From Alphaproteobacteria bacterium (GTDB taxonomy: Bacteria; Pseudomonadota; Alphaproteobacteria; SP197), in assembly GCA_964291415.2 (NCBI GenBank), contig OZ219920.1:1376001-1440000 (forward strand): a stretch of DNA of 64,000 nt. The letters run 5' to 3'. How positions within the stretch are numbered: position 1 is the first letter of the stretch; each line of letters begins with the position of its first letter. The notes beneath the pieces are model-generated. The model was not told where the DNA came from and did no database searches. It saw nothing but the letters and a program-made list of their open reading frames with translations. Below are positions 9,388 to 20,261 of this stretch, in pieces. Both the position numbers and the translations under genes were made by a program.

Positions 9388-10358
9388 CGGTGCTCGTGAC
9401 CGGTGCAGCCGGGTTCATCGGCTACCACCTGGCCCGGTCCCTCCTGGAGCGCGGCGAAGAGGTGATCGGCATAGACAGCCTCTCGCCATACTATGATGTT
9501 GATCTCAAGCAGGCGCGCCTGGCCCGGCTGAGCGAGGAGTCCGCCTTCTCGTTCCATCACGTGGATGTTGCCGACCGCGAGGCACTGGCCGAACTGGATT
9601 GCAAGAACCGGAACATCGACCGCATCGTTCACCTGGCGGCGCAGCCCGGTGTCCGGCACTCACTGGTTGCGCCGCACGACTACACCGCGGCAAATGTGGA
9701 AGGCCAGCTCGCCATTCTTGAACTGGCCCGCTTGTGCAAGGGACTCAAGCATCTCGTCTATGCGAGTTCCTCGTCGGTCTATGGAGCCAACGACGCCATT
9801 CCCTTCTCGGTCGAGCACCGCGTCGATCAGCCGGTGTCGCTCTATGCGGCCACCAAACGCTCGGGAGAACTGATGGCATCCTGTTACAGCCATCTCTACG
9901 GCATTCCCGCCACAGGTCTGCGATTCTTCACGGTGTACGGCCCCTGGGGGCGCCCGGACATGTCCCCCTGGCTCTTCACGCAGGCTCTCTTCGAGAGGCA
10001 GCCTCTGACGGTCTACAACCATGGCGATCTCCGCCGCGACTTCACCTGGATCGACGATGTCATCGACGGCGTCCTGGCGGCACTGGCGAAGCCTCCGGAG
10101 ACCTCCCCTCCCCACATCATCTACAATCTCGGCAACCACCGCAGTGAATCGATCATGCATCTGATTCACGTGCTTGAGGAGGCCACGGGAATCCGTGCGG
10201 ACATCCGACTTGCCCCGCTGCAGCCGGGGGATGTCAGCGAGACCCTTGCCGATATTCGGGCTTCGCGCCGCGACCTCGGGTATGAGCCATCAACATCCAT
10301 CGAAGAGGGGATGCCGCAATTCGTGGCCTGGTTCCGGGACTACCACGGCTACTGCTGA
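9384..10358 (+). CDS. NAD-dependent nucleotide-sugar epimerase (UDP-glucuronate 4-epimerase-like)
   Basis: GAAGFIG, HLAAQPGVR, ASSSSVYG, YAATK and RFFTVYGPWGRPDM. Confidence 0.92.
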   Translation: MTVLVTGAAGFIGYHLARSLLERGEEVIGIDSLSPYYDVDLKQARLARLSEESAFSFHHVDVADREALAELDCKNRNIDRIVHLAAQPGVRHSLVAPHDYTAANVEGQLAILELARLCKGLKHLVYASSSSVYGANDAIPFSVEHRVDQPVSLYAATKRSGELMASCYSHLYGIPATGLRFFTVYGPWGRPDMSPWLFTQALFERQPLTVYNHGDLRRDFTWIDDVIDGVLAALAKPPETSPPHIIYNLGNHRSESIMHLIHVLEEATGIRADIRLAPLQPGDVSETLADIRASRRDLGYEPSTSIEEGMPQFVAWFRDYHGYC

Positions 10359-10375
10359 CCGGTCGGCGGCGGCGT

Positions 10376-10436
10376 TCAGCCGTTGACGAGGGAGCGCCTG
10401 CCCGATTGCCGGACCGGTCCGCGGATCTCCGGATGG
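10376..10436 (-). repeat. Degenerate direct-repeat copy of the carbonic anhydrase 3' end (partner copy 11313-11373)
   Basis: 10376-10403 matches 11313-11340 at 26/28 nt, including the stop codon, and weaker ungapped similarity continues. It translates HPEIRGPVRQSGRRSLVNG* versus HPPNCRPVQPLGRRSLVIG*. Confidence 0.8.
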
Positions 10437-10510
10437 CAAGAAAACTCTTTCGACAACCCGAAGCGGAACAAAATAGCCCGTGAAAATCCTGAAGGCTCGC
10501 CCATCCTGAC

Positions 10511-10939
10511 TTACGTCTCGTGGCGCCGACTCGGTACTCGCCCCAAGGCCTGGCGAGCGGTCACGATGGGAATGCCGTCAACTTCCTGGAGCGCAAGCAT
10601 ATGCTTCTTGTCGCCGGAGACGATCAGGTCTACGTCTCCAGCGAGAGCCGTAGCCAGTATCCGATTGTCCATGGGGTCAGGCGACAGGGACACGCTCGGC
10701 AACCTGTCAAGGATGACGGCGCGCGCGCCGATGTTCTCAACGATAGCCGTTGCCTCGTCGGCGTCGAGAAACCTCTGCAGGCGCTGGCGAGAAAGAACAT
10801 CGGCCAGTTCTGCGATCTGTGCGGTGGATGTCACGAGCTTGATCTCGCCACGCTTCCAAGCCTGATACAGCCTGTCCGGCGGAGTGCCCTTGGTGATGAG
10901 AGCGCCGATCAGGATGTTGGTGTCAAGAACGACCCGCAC
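10511..10939 (-). CDS. PIN-domain toxin of a type II toxin-antitoxin system
   Basis: VVLDTNIL, ELADVL, DPMDNRILATA and IVSGDKKH acidic PIN motifs; overlaps the upstream small gene. Confidence 0.9.
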   Translation of the reverse strand: MRVVLDTNILIGALITKGTPPDRLYQAWKRGEIKLVTSTAQIAELADVLSRQRLQRFLDADEATAIVENIGARAVILDRLPSVSLSPDPMDNRILATALAGDVDLIVSGDKKHMLALQEVDGIPIVTARQALGRVPSRRHET

Positions 10940-11159
10940 GCGCCGCCTTCACCTCCTCGTCGACGAGATCGAGAAGGTCCTGCTGATCAAATGCAGCGTT
11001 GCGCTCCTTGACCTGGCTGACGGTTAGATCCAAAACCCGGCGACGCACGGCTTCATCGACGAACCGTGAAAGATCGCCCTTCCTGCCGCCGTTGCGGGCG
11101 AGAAAGGTGCGAACCGACCGGTCCGTTTCTTCCGGGATGGACAGGTTCCATCGGGTCAT
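10923..11159 (-). CDS. Ribbon-helix-helix antitoxin
   Basis: ~78 aa with N-terminal beta strand RWNLSIPE, then GDLSRFVDEAV helices and an acidic tail. GGAG RBS; lies directly upstream of the PIN gene. Confidence 0.85.
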   Translation of the reverse strand: MTRWNLSIPEETDRSVRTFLARNGGRKGDLSRFVDEAVRRRVLDLTVSQVKERNAAFDQQDLLDLVDEEVKAARAGRS

Positions 11160-11176
11160 CGGCATTCTCCATATAA

Positions 11177-11192
11177 AAGCGTATAGACGCTT
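11177..11192. promoter_or_regulatory. Inverted repeat, candidate TA autoregulatory operator
   Basis: AAGCGT-ATAG-ACGCTT in an AT-rich patch just upstream of the antitoxin RBS. Confidence 0.5.
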
Positions 11193-11312
11193 ATACACCT
11201 ATCTTAAGGTTCAAGATCCACTCCGTCAATCTCCTGCGAATGCAGAATGCGTCATCGTAATGATCCAGTTTCACGTCTGGCGGAACGCGCAACTCAAGGC
11301 CGGCACTGGAAC

Positions 11313-11984
11313 TCAGCCGATGACAAGGGAGCGCCTGCCCAAGGGCTGGACAGGCCGGCAGTTGGGTGGATGGAAGTTTGTGAAGGCGGCAATCTGGGGG
11401 ACAGAGAAGGTGATCGTGTCGGCCAGGACAATCCAGCTGACACCCTCGCTGCAGGGCGGCGTGGTGAGAGAGCCCTGGTAGCGCCATGCCCTCGTCGCGG
11501 CGGGAAGCAGGGGGGAAGGATCGACGTCGACATGCCCGAGTGATTCCGGCTCGTCCACGAGTGCCTGCCACAGCACGTCCGCGGCGGGATTGGCCTCGCC
11601 CTCTGAGATGAGGACTCCGACCACCGCGAGCCGGCCTTTGCTGTCGGCGTGCACGAGGTGCAGTTCCATTGGCCGCCTCGTGCCGTCGACGAGGTGTTCA
11701 CTGGCGTGGTGGAAATGGAACTGCTGAAGTTCGTAGCGATGACCGCCAACCAGGAGACCGTGCCCGGGCCCGGAATTGAACTGGATGGTCCGGCCGGTGT
11801 CCTCGATGGCAGCACGAACCAGTCCGTAGTGGAACTCGATGGACGGCACGTTTGCCACGCGCGCCTCCACAAGGTCGATCGGCGACTGCTCGGCGCCGCA
11901 ACCGCAGAGCCGGAAGGCGGGGTCAAGGGAAGCCCAGCACGACGGTCCGTTGTCGGCGGCATATCCCCAGGACTTGCGGGTCAT
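11313..11984 (-). CDS. Alpha-class carbonic anhydrase
   Basis: WGY..GP..W, QSPID, QFHFH..SEH, ELHLVH and YQGSLTTPPCSEGV. Confidence 0.95.
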   Translation of the reverse strand: MTRKSWGYAADNGPSCWASLDPAFRLCGCGAEQSPIDLVEARVANVPSIEFHYGLVRAAIEDTGRTIQFNSGPGHGLLVGGHRYELQQFHFHHASEHLVDGTRRPMELHLVHADSKGRLAVVGVLISEGEANPAADVLWQALVDEPESLGHVDVDPSPLLPAATRAWRYQGSLTTPPCSEGVSWIVLADTITFSVPQIAAFTNFHPPNCRPVQPLGRRSLVIG

Positions 11985-11991
11985 GGCGCCA

Positions 11992-12477
11992 TCACGCCGC
12001 GATATCCGCGGTCACCACCGCACCCGTCATGGAGGCGAGGTGATCGGGTGTCTCGCCGAAGACGCAGTGCGGGTGGCCGGCCGCAGCATGAACGAGGGGA
12101 AAACGCCACAGGCTGGCGTCCATCACCGTGGGCAGGGAAACCCGGTGTCCCACGGGTGGCACTCCGCCAATGGAGTATCCGGTCGCCTGCCTGACGGTGT
12201 CTGCGTCGGCTCGCGCCACAGGCCCTTCGAGGCCCAGTGCCACGGCAATTCTCTCCTGGCGAGCCCGGCAGTCGCCGGCGATGAGAGCCAGCACAGGCGA
12301 TCCGGCAGCACGGAACACCAGTGACTTGACGATGGCGCCCTGTTGACAACCCAGGGCGCCCGCTGCGTCTGCGGCCGTGCGTGCCGTGGTCGCGAGTTCA
12401 ATGACCCGGGCCCTGCTTCCCAGCGCTTCCAGGGCGGTCCGCACCCGCCTCACGGCCGGACGTTCGACGAGGCTCAT
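11992..12477 (-). CDS. YbaK/EbsC family aminoacyl-tRNA editing protein
   Basis: IVKSLVF and TGYSIGGVPPVGH motifs. Confidence 0.9.
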   Translation of the reverse strand: MSLVERPAVRRVRTALEALGSRARVIELATTARTAADAAGALGCQQGAIVKSLVFRAAGSPVLALIAGDCRARQERIAVALGLEGPVARADADTVRQATGYSIGGVPPVGHRVSLPTVMDASLWRFPLVHAAAGHPHCVFGETPDHLASMTGAVVTADIAA

Positions 12478-13091
12478 GACGGTATCGCAACTCCCCGGAT
12501 GACGGCCTCGCGCTCGCCGATGGTGTCGTACCAGCGTCGTACATGCGGAAACCGGCTCCAGTCCGTGTCATACCATTCCGTGCGCATGACCCAGGGCCAG
12601 GTTGCCACGTCGGCAATGGAATAGTCGCCGGCAAGATAGGGAACCACGGCCAGGCGCCGATCCATGACGCCAAGAAGGCGCATCACCTCGTTGCGGTAGC
12701 GGGTCTTGCCGTAGGGCACGTCCTCGCTGGCGAACTTGATGAAATGGTTCGCCTGCCCGAACATCGGCCCGACGCCGCCCATCTGAAACATCAGCCACTG
12801 CAGCACGACGAGCCTTTGCCGTGCTTGCGATGGCATCAGGCAACCCGTCTTTTCGGCGAGATAGATGAGAATCGCCCCCGATTCGAAAACACTGACAGGC
12901 TCGCCCTCCGGTCCCTCGCTGTCGACGATTGCCGGGATCTTGTTGTTGGGACTGATCTCGAGGAAGGACGGCTCGAACTGTTCATCGGCACCGATGTCGA
13001 TGGGATGGACGGTATAGGCAAGGCCCACCTCCTCCAGCATGATGGAGACCTTGCGACCATTGGGAGTGGCCGCCGTGTAGAGATCGATCAT
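12474..13091 (-). CDS. Glutathione S-transferase family protein, YfcG-like
   Basis: [22 protein letters not shown] and [15 protein letters not shown]. Confidence 0.92.
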   Translation of the reverse strand: MIDLYTAATPNGRKVSIMLEEVGLAYTVHPIDIGADEQFEPSFLEISPNNKIPAIVDSEGPEGEPVSVFESGAILIYLAEKTGCLMPSQARQRLVVLQWLMFQMGGVGPMFGQANHFIKFASEDVPYGKTRYRNEVMRLLGVMDRRLAVVPYLAGDYSIADVATWPWVMRTEWYDTDWSRFPHVRRWYDTIGEREAVIRGVAIPS

Positions 13092-14557
13092 CGGGTTCCT
13101 TCCTCTGCTTCCAGCCTGAGGCGAAGCGTCCGGTTGACGGCCGGCGGGTTGGCGCGGCCTTGCGACGCCTTCATGACCTCGCCCATGAAAAATCCGAGGA
13201 GTTTCGTCTTTCCGGCACGGTACTCGTCCACGCGGTCAGGATGGGCTGCCAGCACGCCGTCGACAAGCGCCTCGATCCGGGCCGTATCCGTCACCTGCGT
13301 CAAGCCCCGTTCCTCGACGATCGCGGCGGCCTCCCGGCCAGTGGCGAACATCTCGGCAAAGACATCCTTGGCAATGCGCCCGGAGATGGTGCCATCGACA
13401 ATCAGATCGATGAGGCCGCCGAGGGCATCGGCGCTGACGGGACTGTCTGCAATGGCGATGCCATCGTGATTGAGGCGGCCGAAGAGCTCGGTCATGACCC
13501 AGTTCGCTGCCAGCTTGCTGTCGCGCGCCCGGGCGACCTCCTCGAAGAAATCCGCATTGTCGCGTTCCGCCACGAGAACCCCGGCATCATAGGAAGAAAG
13601 GCCGTGACCGCTCATGAACCGCTGCTTGCGGGCATCGGGCAGTTCCGGCATCGATGCCGCGATCCCCGCTATCCATGCCTCGTCGAGGTCGAGCGGCAAC
13701 AGATCCGGATCGGGAAAGTAGCGATAATCCTCGGCATCCTCCTTGCTGCGCATGCTGCGGGTCTCGTTGGCATCCACGTCGAAGAGCCTGGTTTCCTGCT
13801 GGACCGTTCCTCCCTCGTCCAGGATCGTTGCCTGACGATGGCCCTCGTACTCGATGGCCCGCTGCAGGAACCTCAGCGAATTTAGGTTCTTGATCTCGCA
13901 ACGCGTACCGAGTTCCTCTCCCGGACGTCTCATCGACACGTTGGCATCCACGCGCAGCGATCCTTCCTGCATGTTGCCGTCACACGTTCCGGCATAGCGC
14001 AGGATGCTTCTCAGCGTCCTGACGTAGCGCACGGCCTCGTCGGGCGATTCCAGTTCCGGGCGAGAGACGATCTCCATCAGTCCGATGCCCGAACGGTTGA
14101 GATCGACCAGGGAGTGGGCGGGATCCCTGTCGTGCAGGCTCTTGCCGGCATCCTGTTCCACATGCAGGCGTTCGATGCCGATGGATCGCGACGTGCCGTC
14201 CTCGAGTTCGATGACGAGATGTCCGCCCGTGACGAGTGGCTGCTGGTACTGCGAGATCTGGTAGCCCTGCGGGAGATCCGGATAGAAGTAGTTCTTTCGT
14301 TCGAACACGGACCGCCGGTTGATGGCGCCGCCCAGGGCAAGTCCGGCCCGCACCGCCTGTTCGATGCAGGCCATGTTGATGACGGGAAGCATGCCCGGCA
14401 TGCCGGCATCGACGGCCGAGACCTGGGTGTTCGCATCGGCGCCGAATGCCGTGGAGGCTCCGGAAAAGAGCTTCGACGAGGACACGATCTGCGCGTGGAC
14501 CTCGAGTCCGATGGCGTAGCAGAACGGTCCGCTCTCCCGTTCGACCAGTTCCGCCAT
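13088..14557 (-). CDS. gatB: Asp/Glu-tRNA amidotransferase subunit B
   Basis: [24 protein letters not shown] and YRYFPDPDL. Confidence 0.98.
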   Translation of the reverse strand: MAELVERESGPFCYAIGLEVHAQIVSSSKLFSGASTAFGADANTQVSAVDAGMPGMLPVINMACIEQAVRAGLALGGAINRRSVFERKNYFYPDLPQGYQISQYQQPLVTGGHLVIELEDGTSRSIGIERLHVEQDAGKSLHDRDPAHSLVDLNRSGIGLMEIVSRPELESPDEAVRYVRTLRSILRYAGTCDGNMQEGSLRVDANVSMRRPGEELGTRCEIKNLNSLRFLQRAIEYEGHRQATILDEGGTVQQETRLFDVDANETRSMRSKEDAEDYRYFPDPDLLPLDLDEAWIAGIAASMPELPDARKQRFMSGHGLSSYDAGVLVAERDNADFFEEVARARDSKLAANWVMTELFGRLNHDGIAIADSPVSADALGGLIDLIVDGTISGRIAKDVFAEMFATGREAAAIVEERGLTQVTDTARIEALVDGVLAAHPDRVDEYRAGKTKLLGFFMGEVMKASQGRANPPAVNRTLRLRLEAEEGTR

Positions 14558-16029
14558 CACGTCGCACTCCGGGGGGCAGTATCGAACCTGGCGGCCTCCT
14601 CGATCACCCGTGCCACCCTCAGGAGGCGCGCCTCGTCGAACGGTCGGGCAATGACCTGCAGTCCCAGCGGCAGCCCGTCGCCGTCGAGACCTGCCGGCAC
14701 GGAAATGCCGGGCAGCCCGGCAAGGCTCGCCGGAACGGTGAAGACATCGTTGAGATACATGGAAACGGGATCGTCGGGCGGACTGTCAGCGGCAAAGGCG
14801 GCCGACGGCGTGGTCGGCGTCAACAGGGCGTCAACGGATGTCCAGGCCTCGCGAAAGTCGTCGGCGATGCGCGTGCGCACTTTCTGCGCCTTGAGATAGT
14901 AGGCGTCGAAGTAGCCTTCGGAAAGGACATAGGTGCCGATGAGAATGCGCCGCTTCACCTCGGCCCCGAATCCTTCGGCCCGCGTTCTCTCGTACATCGA
15001 AACGAGATCGTCGCCCTCGCATCTCAGACCAAACCTGACGCCATCGTAACGGGCGAGGTTCGATGAGGCTTCAGCCGGCGCGATGATGTAGTAGGCCGGC
15101 AAGGCAAAGCGCGTGTGCGGAAGCGAGACCTCCCGAACGGTGGCGCCCGCATCCTCGAGCCAGGCGATGCCTCGCTGCCACAGCTCATCGATCACCGTCG
15201 GCATTCCCTCCACCCGGTACTCCTCGGGAATACCGATCGTCATGCCGTTGACACCGGCTTCGAGGGTGTCCTCGAGATCGTCGAGAGGCTCGTCCGCGGA
15301 GGTCGAATCCAGGGGATCGTGGCCCGCCATTGCGCCAAGCATGATCGCGGCGTCGCGCACGGTGCGCGTCAGCGGACCGGCCTGATCGAGGGAGGAGGCG
15401 AAGGCGACAATGCCGAGCCTGGAACACCGCCCGTAAGTCGGCTTGAGGCCGACTGTTCCGGTGAAGGCGGCCGGCTGACGAATGGAACCGCCGGTATCCG
15501 TGCCCGTCGCCGCCATCGCCATGCGTGCCGCGACCGCTGATGCGGATCCGCCCGACGAGCCGCCGGGAACCCGTGCCCTGTCATCCCCCGACGCCCGCCA
15601 GGGATTGATCGCCGGACCATACCAGCTCGTGAGGTTGGAGGAGCCCATCGCGAACTCGTCCAGGTTCGTCTTGCCCAGCATGACCGCGCCTTCGCGCAGC
15701 ATGGATGCGGTCACCGTCGATTCGTAGAAGGGCCTGAAGCCGTCGAGAATGTGCGATCCGGCCGTTGTCGGGATATCCTTCGTGCAGAACAGGTCCTTGA
15801 TCGCGACCGGTATGCCCTCGAGGCGGCCGGCATCACCGGTTCGGCGGCGTCGATCCGAGGCATCGGCAAGCTCGAGGGCCCGCTCGGGAGTTTCCGTGAT
15901 GAAGGCATTGAGATCGCGGTTGCGCTCCATCGCCTCAAGATGAGCACGAGCAAGTTCCACGGCCGAGACGTGGCCGGCAGCAAGGAGATCGCGCGCGCCG
16001 GCGATCGTCAGGTCTGTCAGGGCGGTCAT
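14557..16029 (-). CDS. gatA: Asp/Glu-tRNA amidotransferase subunit A
   Basis: [25 protein letters not shown] and SSNLARYDG; lies between gatC and gatB with overlapping start/stop codons. Confidence 0.98.
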   Translation of the reverse strand: MTALTDLTIAGARDLLAAGHVSAVELARAHLEAMERNRDLNAFITETPERALELADASDRRRRTGDAGRLEGIPVAIKDLFCTKDIPTTAGSHILDGFRPFYESTVTASMLREGAVMLGKTNLDEFAMGSSNLTSWYGPAINPWRASGDDRARVPGGSSGGSASAVAARMAMAATGTDTGGSIRQPAAFTGTVGLKPTYGRCSRLGIVAFASSLDQAGPLTRTVRDAAIMLGAMAGHDPLDSTSADEPLDDLEDTLEAGVNGMTIGIPEEYRVEGMPTVIDELWQRGIAWLEDAGATVREVSLPHTRFALPAYYIIAPAEASSNLARYDGVRFGLRCEGDDLVSMYERTRAEGFGAEVKRRILIGTYVLSEGYFDAYYLKAQKVRTRIADDFREAWTSVDALLTPTTPSAAFAADSPPDDPVSMYLNDVFTVPASLAGLPGISVPAGLDGDGLPLGLQVIARPFDEARLLRVARVIEEAARFDTAPRSAT

Positions 16030-16313
16030 TCGACAATCTTCGGCACAACGAAGCACCCTTCAGAGGAAGCCGGTGCGTTGGCCGTGATGTCATCGGCGAC
16101 GCCGCCGTCGGTCACCTCGTCGCGGCGCCACTTCAGCGTCATGGCGGCGACACCGGTCATCGGCTCGACCTCATCGGTATCGACCTCGCCCAGAGTGTCG
16201 ATCCACTCGATGATGGCCGAGAGTTCCCCTGCAAGCTGCTGGCGCTCGGCATCGCCTGTCGCGATTCGCGCCAGTCGCGCAACCCGCGCGACAGTGTCCT
16301 TGTCGAACTTCAT
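16026..16313 (-). CDS. gatC: Asp/Glu-tRNA amidotransferase subunit C
   Basis: VARLARI, VEPM and FVVPKIVE. Confidence 0.97.
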   Translation of the reverse strand: MKFDKDTVARVARLARIATGDAERQQLAGELSAIIEWIDTLGEVDTDEVEPMTGVAAMTLKWRRDEVTDGGVADDITANAPASSEGCFVVPKIVE

Positions 16314-16369
16314 CTGCCGGTCTGCTCTGGCCTGATGGCGTGCGGAAGTCTAGTGTCGGGGATGGAGCC

Positions 16370-16906
16370 GTGACCGACCATCACCCATCGCGACCAAAGC
16401 TATCAGCGGCGCGCCTGCCCGACAAGCCGCAACGGGATGTCGCATCCTTCCTGGCGCTCTCTCCCGAGGGCCCGCTTCTGGGGATCGATCCCGGTCGCAA
16501 GCGCATCGGCATCGCGGCCAGCGATGCATCCAGGATCATCGCCTCGCCTGTCGGGGTACTCGTGCGCGGGCGCTGGAGGGACGACCTGACGCATCTGCGG
16601 AACCTCGTCGAGACGAGAGGCACCACCGGCATCGTTCTCGGTTTCCCGGTCAACATGGATGGAAGCGAGGGACCGCAGGCCCGTTCCGCCTGGCAGACAG
16701 GGATCAACCTCCAGACCGGTCTTGAATTGCCGGTCCTCATGTGGGACGAGCGGCTCAGCACCTTTGAGGCCGGAGAGATCATCGCCGACAACGAAGGCCG
16801 GGGGCGACACGGCAAGCACTGGATCGATGCCGTGGCCGCATCCGTCATCCTGCGTGACGCCCTTGGCGCACTCGACAGGGCCGAAGATTCCACCGACCCC
16901 GCCTGA
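16370..16906 (+). CDS. ruvX: YqgF/RuvX family pre-16S rRNA nuclease / resolvase-like protein
   Basis: GIDPGRKRIGIA, WDERLST and IDAVAA; GTG start after GGAG. Confidence 0.92.
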   Translation: MTDHHPSRPKLSAARLPDKPQRDVASFLALSPEGPLLGIDPGRKRIGIAASDASRIIASPVGVLVRGRWRDDLTHLRNLVETRGTTGIVLGFPVNMDGSEGPQARSAWQTGINLQTGLELPVLMWDERLSTFEAGEIIADNEGRGRHGKHWIDAVAASVILRDALGALDRAEDSTDPA

Positions 16907-17109
16907 CGATCCGATTCCTGTGTGTCGGTTGGCCGGTGTCAGCCTCGGTGTCAGCCTCCATTCCCTGCCCCCGACTGCTCCGGCCACGCCGCGCCAGTCT
17001 TGCGACTGTGAATGACACCGTCGTCCGACTGACTCAGGAATATGTCCGAACGCCGGCGAGCCTGGGGATGACGGACGGTCCGTGGTGGTGTAGGTAGCCT
17101 TTTTCAATC

Positions 17110-18075
17110 ATGCCGCGCGACGTCACGCCCTCGAGTTTTTCCCATCGCCACCTGCTTGGCATCGAGGATCTGTCGCCGGACGACATCAATCTCCTTCTGG
17201 ATCTGGCCGACTCCTACGTGGCGCTCAACCGGCGCGCCGAGAAGAAGCGTGACCTGTTGCGCGGCCGCACCCAGATCAACATGTTCTTTGAAAGCTCGAC
17301 ACGGACCCGCACGTCGTTCGAGCTCGCAGGCAAACGACTCGGCGCCGATGTCATCAACATGGCTCCCTCGACCAGCGCCATCAAGAAGGGCGAGACCCTG
17401 GTCGACACGGCGGCGACGCTCAATGCGATGCATCCCGACCTGCTCATCGTGCGGCATCCCGACAGCGGCGCGGTCAAGCTTCTTGCCCGTTCCGTCAGGG
17501 CCGCCGTGATCAATGCGGGCGATGGCAGCCACGAGCATCCGACCCAGGCGCTGCTTGACGCGCTGACCATCCGCCGCCGTCTCGGGCGTCTCAGCGGCCT
17601 GACAGTCGCCATCTGCGGAGATATTGCGCACAGCCGGGTGGCCCGATCCAACATTCTCCTTCTCAACACCATGGGCGCCAGGGTACGCCTCGTCGCCCCT
17701 CCGACCCTGCTGCCGACGAAGGTCGACCGTTACGGTGTCGAAGTTCATCACGACATGACGGAAGGCCTGAAGGATGCCGACATCGTCATGATGTTGCGGC
17801 TGCAGACAGAGCGGATGCAGGGAAGCTTCGTGCCCTCCCAGCGCGAGTACTTCCAGTTCTTCGGACTGACCTACGAGAAGTTCGCCCACGCCCGGTCCGA
17901 CGCCCTCATCATGCATCCGGGTCCGATGAACCGGGGCATCGAGATCGACAGCGAAGTGGCCGACGACATCAATCGCAGCGCCATTCTCGATCAGGTGGAG
18001 ATGGGTGTTGCCGTACGCCAGGCGTGTCTCGAGCTTCTCACCGGCAATCTCGACCACCCGGAGCACAACCAGTGA
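17110..18075 (+). CDS. pyrB: Aspartate carbamoyltransferase catalytic subunit
   Basis: [23 protein letters not shown] and MHPGPMNRG. Confidence 0.98.
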   Translation: MPRDVTPSSFSHRHLLGIEDLSPDDINLLLDLADSYVALNRRAEKKRDLLRGRTQINMFFESSTRTRTSFELAGKRLGADVINMAPSTSAIKKGETLVDTAATLNAMHPDLLIVRHPDSGAVKLLARSVRAAVINAGDGSHEHPTQALLDALTIRRRLGRLSGLTVAICGDIAHSRVARSNILLLNTMGARVRLVAPPTLLPTKVDRYGVEVHHDMTEGLKDADIVMMLRLQTERMQGSFVPSQREYFQFFGLTYEKFAHARSDALIMHPGPMNRGIEIDSEVADDINRSAILDQVEMGVAVRQACLELLTGNLDHPEHNQ

Positions 18076-19460
18076 CGCCGCACCTTGCGGATATCTCGAT
18101 CAAGAAGCGCAAGGCGGAACGGACAGCGTACCTGGATCTGCGCCTGATCGATCCGGCGAGCCGGCGTGACGAGACCGGCGGGATTCTCACCGACGGCGAA
18201 ACCATCGTCGACCTCGGTCCGCAGGTGACACACGAGAGCATTCCCCAAGGGACCGCCGTCATCGACGCCCGGGGGCTGATCGCGGCGCCCGGTCTCGTCG
18301 ATCTCAGGGCGCACTTGAGAGAGCCCGGTTTCGAACACCAGGAAACCATCCACACCGCAAGCCGCTCGGCTGCGGTGGGTGGCGTCACGACAATCGCCTG
18401 CATGCCGACCACCAGGCCGACCATCGATGATGTCTCTCTCGTTCACTTCATCGAACGCCGGGCGCGGGAAACCTCTCTCGTGAAGGTCCATCCCGTCGCT
18501 GCCGTCACGCAGGGTCGCAAGGGGGCACAACTGACCGAACTCGGGCTGCTTGGCGAAGCCGGCGCCCTCGCCTTCTCCGACGGCCCTCGCCCCATCATGA
18601 ACGCCAACGTGCTGCGTCGCGCGCTGTCCTATGGGACCGTCTTCGATGCCCTGATCATGCACCACGCCGAGGATCTCCACCTCACAGGCGACGGCGTCAT
18701 GAACAGCGGCGAGACGGCGACGCGCCTGGGTCTCGAAGGAATGGCGCCGGAAGCCGAGACCATCATGATCGCCCGCGACATCCGCCTCGTCGAAATGACC
18801 GGGGGGCGCCTGCACTTCAGCAGCATCACGACCGCCGAGAGCGCCGACCTCGTGCGCCAGGCAAGGGCACGGGGGCTGCCGGTGAGTGCGGACACCGCCC
18901 CCCATTACCTGGTGCTCAACGAGAGCGCGGTGGGCGACTACCTCACCTTCACCAAGGTACGCCCTCCGTTGCGCGGCGAGGAAGATCGCCAGGCCCTGGT
19001 GGCGGCCCTGGCCGAGGGGGTCATCGATGCTGTCGTATCGGCCCACGAACCACGCGACCAGGACAGCAAGAGGCAGCCCTTCGCCCAGGCGGCCTTCGGC
19101 GTCGTCGGACTCGAGACCCTGCTTCCCCTGGTTCTCGAAATCGTCGCCTCGGGACGGCTCGACCTTGTGGATGCGCTCGCCCTCGTGACCTGCCGGCCTG
19201 CCGACCTGCTCGGATTGAAGGCCGGCCGGCTTGAGGTCGGAGGCCCGGCGGACATCGTTCTCATCGATCCCTCCATGACCTGGCAGATCGACAACCACGC
19301 ATTCCAGAGCAAGTCCAAGAACTCACCCTTCGACGGCCGCTCGGTCACCGGCCGCGCGGTCCGCACCGTGGTCAGCGGCCGCACGGTGATGGACATCCGA
19401 GGTCGCTTCCACGTCCTGATCGTGAGAAGCCTGAGGATCGAGGCACTGGACCGGGCATGA
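18072..19460 (+). CDS. pyrC: Dihydroorotase-family protein, possibly the inactive PyrC' subunit
   Basis: [21 protein letters not shown] and SKSKNSPF; GTG overlaps the pyrB stop. Confidence 0.9.
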   Translation: MTPHLADISIKKRKAERTAYLDLRLIDPASRRDETGGILTDGETIVDLGPQVTHESIPQGTAVIDARGLIAAPGLVDLRAHLREPGFEHQETIHTASRSAAVGGVTTIACMPTTRPTIDDVSLVHFIERRARETSLVKVHPVAAVTQGRKGAQLTELGLLGEAGALAFSDGPRPIMNANVLRRALSYGTVFDALIMHHAEDLHLTGDGVMNSGETATRLGLEGMAPEAETIMIARDIRLVEMTGGRLHFSSITTAESADLVRQARARGLPVSADTAPHYLVLNESAVGDYLTFTKVRPPLRGEEDRQALVAALAEGVIDAVVSAHEPRDQDSKRQPFAQAAFGVVGLETLLPLVLEIVASGRLDLVDALALVTCRPADLLGLKAGRLEVGGPADIVLIDPSMTWQIDNHAFQSKSKNSPFDGRSVTGRAVRTVVSGRTVMDIRGRFHVLIVRSLRIEALDRA

Positions 19461-19500
19461 TGCCGGACGCATGATGATGCGCGGCTGACCGGGGGCCTCC

Positions 19501-20127
19501 TTGTTCGACGAACGCATGCTCACGTTCGATGCCCTGCCCTACCTGTGGCCCTTCCTGGTGGGTGCTCTGGCCGCCTGGCTCGTCGGTTCGCTGCCGTCAG
19601 GCCTGATCGCAGCGCGGCTCGCAGGGCGCGCCGACCTCCACGAGACCGGCTCCGGCAACATCGGCGCCACCAACGTGCTGCGCACGGCAGGACGGCTGCC
19701 CGCCGCGGTCACGCTGGCCCTCGACTACGCCAAGGGAGTGCTGGCGGTCGTGATCGGCCATGACACCGGCGGTCCCGACATGGCCGTCATCGCCTCGCTG
19801 TTCGTGGTGGTGGGTCACATGCTCAACCCGTGGCTGCGGTTTCGCGGCGGCAAGGGGGTCGCCACGGCGCTCGGCGTCGCCCTGGCCCTTTCATGGCCGT
19901 CGGGTCTGGCCATCCTGGGGGTGTGGCTGGCTGTGGCCGGCGTGACCCGGATCTCGTCTGTCTCCGGCATGGCGAGCATCATCGCGTCACCGGTCGCCAT
20001 CTGGATGATGACGAGCGACAAGCAGTACGCCGGCGTGATGATCCTCGTCGCCGTCCTGGTGGTCGTCCGTCACCACGCCAACATCCGCCGTCTCGTGACC
20101 GGAAAGGAACCGCGGATCGGCCGGTAG
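19501..20127 (+). CDS. plsY: Glycerol-3-phosphate acyltransferase
   Basis: GSGNIGATNVLR, FRGGKGVAT and RHHANIRRL; exact start uncertain. Confidence 0.95.
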   Translation: MFDERMLTFDALPYLWPFLVGALAAWLVGSLPSGLIAARLAGRADLHETGSGNIGATNVLRTAGRLPAAVTLALDYAKGVLAVVIGHDTGGPDMAVIASLFVVVGHMLNPWLRFRGGKGVATALGVALALSWPSGLAILGVWLAVAGVTRISSVSGMASIIASPVAIWMMTSDKQYAGVMILVAVLVVVRHHANIRRLVTGKEPRIGR

Positions 20128-20261
20128 CGCACGCCGGTGCGGAGTGCCGGCGAGGCTCCTTGATGAGCGGTCCTGCACTCCCCGGAGAAGCGGCGGCCTC
20201 CTTGACGGACCGTGCGACCGGTGCCACTTAGCACGTGCCGGGCGGAATTCTGGGGATGTTC

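Noticed and set aside
16934-16958. Tandem 12-nt duplication CGGTGTCAGCCT x2 and a possible structured leader before pyrB
   Set aside because: Only two units, no spacers, and no PyrR site or attenuator that I can recognise; most likely slippage.
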